Shown here one piece after another: positions 51,176 through 60,400 of a DNA stretch of 64,000 nucleotides. The translations under genes and the position numbers were made by a program. The notes beneath the pieces were generated by a model. That model was not told the origin of the DNA. It was given only the letters and a program-made list of their open reading frames with translations, and searched no databases. The stretch lies in the NCBI GenBank assembly GCA_016748015.1, contig JAAOMT010000718.1:186001-250000 (forward strand). Reading direction: 5' to 3'. Numbering within the stretch: the stretch's first letter is position 1; each line of letters starts with the position of its first letter. This DNA is from Geosiphon pyriformis uo1 (taxonomy: Eukaryota; Fungi; Glomeromycota).

Positions 51176-53035
51176 AGGAATTGAAGCGAATTTTGCTGAA
51201 ACAATAGAGGAAAAAGACGAAGTAATTAAAAATGAGCAGTCCATCATGCTCCTACCATATGGAAAATCAGAAATAAGAATAAAAAAGACAATTAAAGAAA
51301 AAGACCTAATATTTGAGCCCTACCCAGAAACTTGCCAACAGTTTCTCATAGGACTTACTAACCTTTTTATTCCAGCTGATAAAGCTCAATGGATAAAAAT
51401 TCCTATCGCAAACACCACAGAAGAACCCGTCTATATTCCGGAAGATACCATCATTGGATACCTTGGAACGGAGCTAGAAAACGCGTCAATACCACAAGAA
51501 ATTCTAAATTTCCCAGAAATTGCCCTCTACTGTGAACTCACTTCAATAAATTGGCAACAATTGGTAGAATGCTATCAATTTACGCCAGAAGAATTGGCCA
51601 AATTAAACATTGGAACAATGGATCCTGACCAACAGCGACAATTAAAAGCATTAATTTTAAAATACTCTGATATATTTTCAAGAAATGGCGAATTTGGAAG
51701 AACCAACTTGGTTTAACACCAAATTCCCACTGGAGACGCCAGACCTGAAAAACAACACGCTTACCGTGTCCCACCAATGGAGCATAATTTTATCAGAGAA
51801 GAAGTCCAAAGCATGTTAGAAAAAGGAATAATACAACCATCAATGAGCCCATGGTCCTCACCAGTTGTTTTAGTAAGGAAAAAGAACGGAAAAATTAGAT
51901 TTTGCGTCGACTATCGCAAACTAAACAGCAAAACAACCAAAGACTCATACCCAATACCATTAATTGACGAAATTTTCGACGTTTTTGGAGGAGCAAAATG
52001 GTTTTCTACACTGGACTTGACCAGTGAGTACTGGCAAGTGGAAATGGACCCAAAGAACAGGCATAAAACAGCATTCACAACACAAAATAGCAATTATGAG
52101 TTCAATATAATGCCATTTGGATTAACAAATGCTCCCGCGACATTCCAAAGACTAATGGACGTAATTTACTCCGGAATCCTGTGGCAATCCGTTGTTGTCT
52201 ACTTGAATGATACAAATGTTTTCTCGTCAAAATTCACGGATCATCTCCAACATTTACAACAAGTTTTTGAGAGATTGAGACATGCTGGACTTAAACTAAA
52301 TCTAGAAAAATGTTTCTTTGGGAAAAATGAGCTAGCATTTTTAGGACACGTAGTTGAAAAAGATGGAATAAAACCAGATCCATCAAAAATAGACAAAGTG
52401 AAAAATTTTCTAGTACCTCAAAACATTTCAGAAGTTAGAAGCTTTTTAGGACTCACATCTTACTACTGCCGCTTTGTAAAAAACTTTTCAAACATTGCCA
52501 AACCCCTTAATTACCTACTATCTAAAAATGTGAAGTTTGAATGGACTAAAGCACAACAAAAAGCTTTTAAGTACCTTAGACAAAAGCTCATTGAATCACC
52601 AATAATGATCTATCCGAATTTCAACAAGAAATTTATTTTGGCCACAGATGCCTCTGGAACTAGACTTAGAGCCATTCTGTTACAAAAAGATGATAATGGA
52701 AGAGAACGTGTAATCACTTATGCCAGCAGAAGTCTCAGTACGGCAGAACAAAACTATGCAGCACATGAACTTGAATGCTTAGCAGTAGTCTGGAGTTGTG
52801 TTCACTTTGACACATATTTACAGTACCAACCCTTTGAGATTACGACAGATCATAGAGGTCTGGTCTGGTTAAATAACAAGAAAGCGCTAAAAGGAAAATA
52901 CGCCAGATGGTCACAAACGTTAGCACCATACGATTATATTATCAATTACAAAAAAGGTACCAAAAATGCTAATGCCGACTGTTTGTCAAGAATGAGACAC
53001 ACATAAAAATCACCAACCCATCCGCCACAACAACA

Positions 53036-54415
53036 ATGAACAACCACCTTTACAAAAACCTCAGCCAATACTTGAAAACACTACAAATAGACAAAGAAAT
53101 GCCAGTAAAAGAGCTAATTAAGCTCCAAAAATTAGCAAAACACTATTTCATCCAAAATCACATACTTTATTACCGGAATCGACAAAATCCAGATAATCCA
53201 TTAAGAGTTATAACCACGGATGAAAAAGAAACTATCTTATTTAACATGCACTCAGATATTCATTCAGGCCACTTTGGAAAAACAGCAACCATCCAACGTG
53301 CAACTAGCCGTTACTATTGGCCAAAAATGAGCTCAGACATAATCCAATACATAAGAAATTGTGACCCATGCCAATGAAGAGGAGGAGCAAAAACAATGGA
53401 ATTATTAAGACCAATAAAAGTTGGACAGCCATTTGACAGAATCGGAATTGATTTAGTTGGACCCTTACCAATAACAACAAGAAACAACTGTTATATTGCA
53501 GTAGCCATGGACTATCTCACCAAATGGCCAGAAGCTAGAGCTATTAAAACAGTTGATGCTATTTCCGTAGCTCAATTCGTACATAAAGACTTAATTTGTC
53601 AACATGGATGTCCACAAGAATTGCTATCAGATCAAGGCACACACTTCGTAAACAGCACTTTAAAAGAACTTAGCCAAAAATTTGGAATCAAGCGACCACT
53701 GTCATCACCATACCACCCTCAAACAAATGGATTAGTTGAAAGATTTAATCGCACATTATGCGAATCACTGGCGAAAATTAGTAATGAACATGAAAAAGAA
53801 TGGGATTTGTTCATACCAGCAGTACTATTAGCATATAGAACAGTAAAACAAGATACTACACAATTCATACCATTTGAACTAGTTTATGGAAGAAAAGCCA
53901 CATTACCCGTTGAACTTACTATCCCAACTTATCCGAGTAACACTATCACGGAAGCAACATTCCAGGAAACACTACTTAGAAGAACATACAAATTAATGGG
54001 AACTTTAGAAAACAAAAGAAGAAAAGCAGCACAAAATATTGAACAATCACAAGAACAACAAAAAGTGAGACATGATAACCAGTTACCAGATAATATAATT
54101 AGCTACAAAATTGGAGATAAAGTATTGTTGCATCATACAAAAATGGAAAAACAGTGGAGTAGAAAATTTGATCACAAGTGGGATGAACCATTTTATATTC
54201 ACAAAATACTTGGAAATGGAGCATACAAGCTAAGACTAGATGATAAAATATTAAGAAAAGCAGCACATGGTAACCGGCTGAAATTCTATTACAGTAAACC
54301 AGTAATAACAACAAAAACACCCAGAATTGGTACACAATTACCTTTAATTCTACCAGAACAAATTCCACGAGATTTAGAACCAATAGTTTTAATTGAACAT
54401 TATTCGAAAAGATAA
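53036..54415 (+). pseudogene. Element D stand-alone integrase ORF (one CGA>TGA stop at 53375)
   Basis: Starts MNNHLYKNLSQYL. HSDIHSGH...CDPC; GIDLVGP, LSDQG, NGLVERFN (D,D35E); GPF-type domain; no chromodomain. Confidence 0.95.
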
Positions 54416-54499
54416 TTAATCTTAGATCACAGCAAAAATGATTTAACAACCATAAAAACGCATGCAAAAGATTCCAAAATAACAGTCAAAATTAAAACA

Positions 54500-55168
54500 A
54501 TGATACTTATTCCAGAAAACATCAACAATATAACTCAACAATTAGTTGAAAGCTTACAACAATTAAAATCCAATCTAGAAATCACAGTTAATAGCTCCAA
54601 AATAACATACATAAAAAGAACAATAGAAAATCCAAAAACAAGAAAAGAACATAATTTCGAACCATATAATATTGCCAAATATAACACCAAATTTATTAGC
54701 AAAGTTATTGAAAAATTAGAGATAGCATTGGGCAATACATTAATAATGGAAGAAATAGAAATAAGTGAATTAACACCAGACATATTTAGCAACTTGAAAA
54801 CGAAATTCCCAATTAATTACTGTTATTATCAACTAGGAAAGCACTTGAACATACAAACATTATACTCAAAAGACTCAACTAGAGTGTTTGACAAAACAAC
54901 TATCCAACTATTAGAACCTTTCATTGGAAAAACCAACACTACATTCCATTCAAAAACAGTTTACAGAATTTTCAAAGCATTTGAAAACTGTCACAAATTA
55001 TTGTTGGACCCAACCATGAACATAATAACAACCAACAGTATTGGACGACTTACCAACTCGCAATTTCAAGAATTACAACAACAAATTAATAACACAGTAT
55101 TGAACCACTATAGTAACTTAGAATTTAATGAAGAAATTAACTTCAATTTCGACGGAGCTCAATCTTAA
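54500..55168 (+). CDS. Element D ORF3, intact 222-aa protein of unknown function in the env position
   Basis: Uninterrupted ATG-to-TAA frame between integrase and PPT. Homologues occupy the same position in A, B and C. Confidence 0.85.
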   Translation: MILIPENINNITQQLVESLQQLKSNLEITVNSSKITYIKRTIENPKTRKEHNFEPYNIAKYNTKFISKVIEKLEIALGNTLIMEEIEISELTPDIFSNLKTKFPINYCYYQLGKHLNIQTLYSKDSTRVFDKTTIQLLEPFIGKTNTTFHSKTVYRIFKAFENCHKLLLDPTMNIITTNSIGRLTNSQFQELQQQINNTVLNHYSNLEFNEEINFNFDGAQS

Positions 55169-55181
55169 AAGGAGGGGATAA

Positions 55182-56047
55182 TGTTACAGTTTAAGAATTT
55201 AGCAAAAAGAATCATAAAAATAATACAAACTATTCAATCATAATATAGCACAGTAATAATCTTAGAAAGATAATGATTAACATAGTAGCAAACACCATCT
55301 CGTGATAGTGGCAAGCACCAGTTCACAATAGCAGCCAACACCAACTGGTGATAGCAGCAAACACCAGGTTGAAATATCAAAAAGAAAGTATTTTCTCATA
55401 GAACTACAAACATGTATATATACAGTAGTTTTAATATTGGGAAATAATCAATCAAGTAATAAAAATCATAACTTATCAAGCAATAGATCCAATTTTATTC
55501 AACAAACTCCACTTTAAATCATACTTTCAAATTAAATATCCCAAAAAACCTTTAAAATCAAAAAGAAATGAAAAAGAATATTTAAAACTGAACTATCACA
55601 ACCCAAAGTATTAAGAAACTTACTTGTATTATTTATTGAATGAAACTATCATTCATCAACTGAATCCCTTGGAAGAATAATCCTTGATCAAGATTATTCA
55701 CGTTGTTACTAATTGATAAAAGCTTTATTGTGAGAATTAGAAAAGCGCTAAAGACCATTAACATTCTGTGTTTCTAGATTAGAGAAACACATCAGGCAAT
55801 TGCAAGGATAGCCTCAGAGAAGACCCCAGACAGTGGGTAGATTTCAGTTCAGCCTCTGAGAAGGAGTACATAAACACACACAACAATCAAGAATTAAAGA
55901 ATAACTTACACCGCAACAGTAAAAAGAAAGCCTTCAGTGTAACAGTGATATTATCACACAAATAGAACTGAGGAACTCACGAAAGACTGATTGCAATTAA
56001 AGCGGGATATCAGCAATTAAATATAACAAGAAAACCATTCCATAACA
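55182..56047 (+). repeat. 3' LTR of element D (866 bp) with 4 x 23-bp tandem units at 55283-55374
   Basis: TGTTAC...ATAACA ends. The first 313 bp differ from 46385-46697 at 7 positions by my count, all transitions. Confidence 0.95.
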
Positions 56048-56344
56048 GTGGCAAGTGTTTCACTGTTAAGGTCTTCAGTTCCCAATTGTAAATAATGTAC
56101 TAGATTATTGTAGAGGTTGCTTTTTACTTTTAAAATGTTGTAATTTCTAAGAAGATAATTATTGATATGGTTTTCAATATATTGATAGAATGTTCTTTCA
56201 ACAATTTCAATTCCATCTGGGATGTTGAATCTTTGCTTGCAATGGGTGTAAATTGACTGATAATACTCTAGAGTTGTTGTGTCTGGTGTGGTTGCCACTT
56301 TGAAGTTTGTTGTTGCTGTGTTATTTCCATAGGAAAGCACCAAA

Positions 56345-57350
56345 TGTTACCAGAGGTTTTTGGTCTCTTTTCTTGAATGTTGTAAATATTTGTTGGTTGC
56401 AAATTCACGTTTTCTAGAAGTAGTTGAACCTCCAATAACTGAATTTATCTTCAAATTATAGAAGATAATTTGAACTTGCTGGGCTTATAAATGGAATGGC
56501 CAATTCCTTGTCAGTTACTTTATGTAGTTACGTTGTAGTAAATGTCAACTCTTTCCCAGAAATTGCTTGTTTAGAAGCTCACTAAAAATGTGTAGTTACT
56601 TTGCTGTGAAAGTCAACTCTTCTACAGGAATCTTATCTGTAGACTACCTTAATAATTGTAATAAGAAAAAAAAAAAAAAATAAAAGAAATGTAAAAGAAA
56701 TAGGATTTTATCAAGGGAAACGTTTTCTATCCAAGCCTGGAGTCACTAATAGTTTACTGAAATTGGTAGCTAATTAATTTCAGGGGTTTTTGGGATTTTC
56801 CAAGTGCAATAATTAAAGAATTTGGTTTTTTGAATTATTTGATTTTTTTATTTTTTCTTGTGTATATAAAAATGGTTCTAAGTAATAAATCTAAAGTAAG
56901 ATACATTTTCTTAAAGAGAAAAGCTTTTTTTATATACAACTTGTTGTAGTACTAGTCTATGAACTTGCACTTTTTCTTTTTGCTCAAATTTTGGCAAACT
57001 AAAGATACATTTTGATGAACTACAAGTTATTTTTGCTGAACTCTTGATTAATTTGTATGAACTATTCATAATTTCAGTGAATTTCTGTAAATTTTGGTGA
57101 ATTTCTTATAAATTTTGGTGAATTTCTGTAAATTTCAGTGAATTTTAGAATGTTACAAAGTTCAGAGTATTGTGTAATTTGATCATCCTACTTTCTGTTA
57201 TACTAATTAGATTATTTTAATTGAATCGTGATATGTGATAATTGATTAAATAATAAATGATAATTTGAAATGATATTAATATACTAATTAATTATAGGAA
57301 TTATAAGGGTAATTTCATGCTAATTAATAGCTAAAATTCTACTGGTAACA
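56345..57350 (-). repeat. 5' LTR of element A
   Basis: TGTTACC...GGTAACA ends, adjacent to the PBS. Paired with 16704-17719. Confidence 0.95.
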
Positions 57351-57484
57351 GTGGGTGCAGTGAGTTTTGATACTTTTATTATTTCAAAAATAGAGAAAAC
57401 ATTGAGAAATCTTTCAGTTACAGTTATGAGCCTTTCAGCTAAAATGAAAAATAATGGTTCTGTTTCTACTATTTGTTCTTTTCA

Positions 57485-60400
57485 ATGAGTGAGTTAGTAT
57501 AGAAATTTGGTACATGTAATGTCTGAAATATTAATGTTCCTGCCAAGCAAGTAGACATTGTACATTGGCATGTAAATTCTGGTAATATGGTGTCTTTTGT
57601 CACAGAAACTAAATTGAAGTCCAGTGTTAAGCTGTGAATTACTAATAAGTTTAAAAGTGTGCATGTCTTTACATTGAGTTTGGAAGAAAGTTTTCTTAGT
57701 GCTGGGATGGCTGTTGTTACAGGTGACAATTTCCAGTGTTAAATTAAATATGAACCCATAACTTGGTGCTCAAAGCTATTCTCGTTGTCAATAATCTGAA
57801 GATTTGGTATCTGAAGGTTTTGTATTTGAAGAGTTTGGTTGAGTTCTTTGTATAATGGACAGAGATTCAATAGTAATAGTTTTTTCCATAGCTTCCCAAA
57901 ACCGCAGTTTTGTCAATTTCTTTCCCAGCTTGATGGCTGGTATTCCTTCTGGTAAGTTATTCTCAATCAATTGTTCTACCCTTATTTCTGGGTCTTTTAC
58001 CAGTCATGTTTATTCTGACATTAGTGCCCCACATGTTAATCCTCAATAAAGTTAGTAAACAACAATAAAATTAAAGCAAGAAAATAAAGAAAAAAAAATA
58101 AAATAAAGAAAGAAAAGAAATAAGCCAAGGCGATTTACAAGTTAGTATTCTGTTAATAGCCCTGATCAAGAGCTATTGTTCCAGTGTGATTAAGTATCAA
58201 TTACTATCAACATGAAGTATTGATAGTGAAAATGGATTTGAGATAACAAATAGTTATTTATTAGATACTTGTAATTTGGAGAGTTGCTTAGATTAAATCT
58301 AAACTAAGAGGTCTGTCTTTTCAGCTTTTAATTCTGCTGCTATATATACATAATTGAGATTCCTCAATTTCTTGATTCTTTATGACAAGAATCCTGGAAT
58401 TCTGGAATCCTACGATTCCTCGTCGGAGAATCCTAAAATTCCTGGAATCCTGCAATTTTTGAGAGGAATTCTGGAATTCCACATTTACTACACCTATTTC
58501 TGATTGGCTAATAATTATGCTAATATATTTCTTATATATTTTATGAGTAATACTGTTATTATGGACAATTCTCTGGCTTGGTATATGTCTAAGATTGAGG
58601 AGGTGCCTGGTTGGGTTATTTTGGTATAGCTTTTGTTCAAAGACAAGCTTTCTGTAACTGTACTTGGTTTGTATACTGGTGCTTTTTATAGCATTTGTTT
58701 TGGGCAGATGTCTGAAGTAAACTTTATTATTGCTAAGGCTGTTAACTCCAGCACTTTTGTGGTTCTGGGTGGGGATTTTAATAAATATGGGTCTGGGAAG
58801 AGTGTGAGTTTCAGGTTCTGCCTAAATCTGGGTCTGGTCAATTTGTTTGCTGGTCATTGTTTGGTTAATACTCTTATTTGGTGCAATTTAAAAAGTGTTG
58901 AAAAGACTATTGATTACATTTTTGTTAGTAATAGTCTGTCTTCCACTGTTGCTAAACATTGGGTTGGTTTTGTTTCTGAATTTTTTGATACAGATCACAA
59001 TACTGTTGCTGTGTCAGTTGGTTTAGGTGGGCTCTTGGATGTTCAGTTGAATAGTTTGTGTAAGCAGACTAATAAAGATTGTTGAAGATTCAAAATTAAA
59101 GATGCAGACAGTATTGGATGGTTTTATTTTAAGGACTGCTCCTCCACCAGGATTTTGATGATAAAGGATAAGTTTTTTGCCACTGCTGCTGATCATAATT
59201 TGGATGCTATATAGTCACTGCTGGAAAAGGCTTTGGTGGATTCTGCTAACAAGATATTTTTTAAACATTGGTTTAGTGTTTTTCAATGTTCAAAGAATAT
59301 GCAATCTTCTAAATTTCTGGGATTAGAGTTGTTGGTTGTTAAGATTGTCAAAAAACTGGGCTCTGCTGATATTCTTGGTTTCAATTGTCTTGCAAAGAAG
59401 TGGGCATCTTTGAATGCTGTTAATACTCTTGCTTTAGAAAACATAGTTTGCAATGGTCAAAAATCGGAGGATATTCTTAAATATTTGTTACTTATCAGAA
59501 AGAGGTATAGGAAGTTTAAATTACATAAATCAAAATTGGCACAGGAAGCTTCTATTAAAGAGGCTGTCAAAAAGTACATGGAGAAGTTTTGTTTGGATAA
59601 AGAAAGTATGATCAAAAGTGTCTTAAATAGGCCTTTTCAAAAGGTGGTGTTGGATCATTTGGTGGTCAATGATGAGTTGATTTTGGAACCAGATAAAATA
59701 AGATTGAGTGTCAACAGTATCATGGAAGGTTGGATGAGGAAATGTGTAGTGTCTTCTGTGCTTTCTGGTCTCTGGACTTATCAATATGCACCTTTGGACT
59801 ATGTTAGAGATAGTACCTTTTCTGGTGTGATGGATGTAGTCAGTATAGATGAATTGCTTTCAGTCATTGGTGGTCTGCCTGATGGCAAAGCCACTGGCCT
59901 GTCTGGCATTTCTAATGAACTATGAAAACATGGTAGTGAAAAAGTATTAAAGTGTCTTTTGGTGTTGTTGAACATGTGTTTATCTGTTGGTATGGTGCCT
60001 GCTTTGTGAAGGAAGGCATGGGTTTTGATGATTCCTAAGTCTTATGACTGGGATGGGGTCTTTACAAACACTTGACCTATTGCTTTAATTGAAACTGCTA
60101 AGAAAATTTTGTCTAAAATTCTGTCTGATCATATATCATTGGCATGTAGCAAGTTTGGTATTCTCCAGGGTGATAACTTTTTAGTGCTTCATGACATGTC
60201 CACGCAGTTCCTGGTGTTTATGGTTGGATCAGTAGTGGAGGATGCTTTCGAGAAAAACAGAGAAGTTTAATTGGTGTTACAGGATATGTAAAAGGTGTAT
60301 GATTCTGTTAGTTGGCATTATTTAAGAGCTAGCTTATGGCACATCAAAATGTGTGAAAGATTCATTGAGTTTTTTGGTAATATCTATAAAGACAGAGTTA

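Larger units (their letters stand above)
47007..53006 (+). pseudogene. Element D ORF1 polyprotein (N-domain-CA-NC-PR-Cys-rich-dUTPase-RT-RNase H)
   Basis: Pieces at 47151, 47844, 48609, 49338, 50046, 50634, 50943 and 51777 share one frame. CHFCKRIGHLISQC; LILDSGSAGSI; RFCVDYRKLN, YLND; ATDAS, NADCLSRMRHT*. Confidence 0.95.
46385..56047 (+). mobile_element. Ty3/Gypsy element D (best preserved copy); TSD GTGG
   Basis: The 5' LTR starts at 46385 (truncated by the N gap). 3' LTR 55182-56047. PPT AAGGAGGGGA at 55169-55178. GTGG at 46381-46384 and 56048-56051. Confidence 0.95.
16704..57350 (-). mobile_element. Ty3/Gypsy element A (full length, split by B, a solo LTR and D); TSD GCGG/GTGG
   Basis: Paired LTRs 56345-57350 (5') and 16704-17719 (3'). 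PBS TTTGGTGCTTTCC at 56332-56344. PPT GAGGAGGAG at ~17724-17732. Internal pieces 17720-22627, 42720-45272, 46246-46384 and 56048-56344 rejoin as collinear coding sequence. Confidence 0.95.

Noticed and set aside
54240-54415. Chromodomain at the integrase C-terminus
   Set aside because: No aromatic-cage or YLVKWxG-type motif. The tail is a short Pro-rich peptide.
54500-55168. ORF3 as env (endogenous retrovirus/errantivirus)
   Set aside because: Too short, and no signal peptide, fusion peptide or transmembrane anchor is visible.
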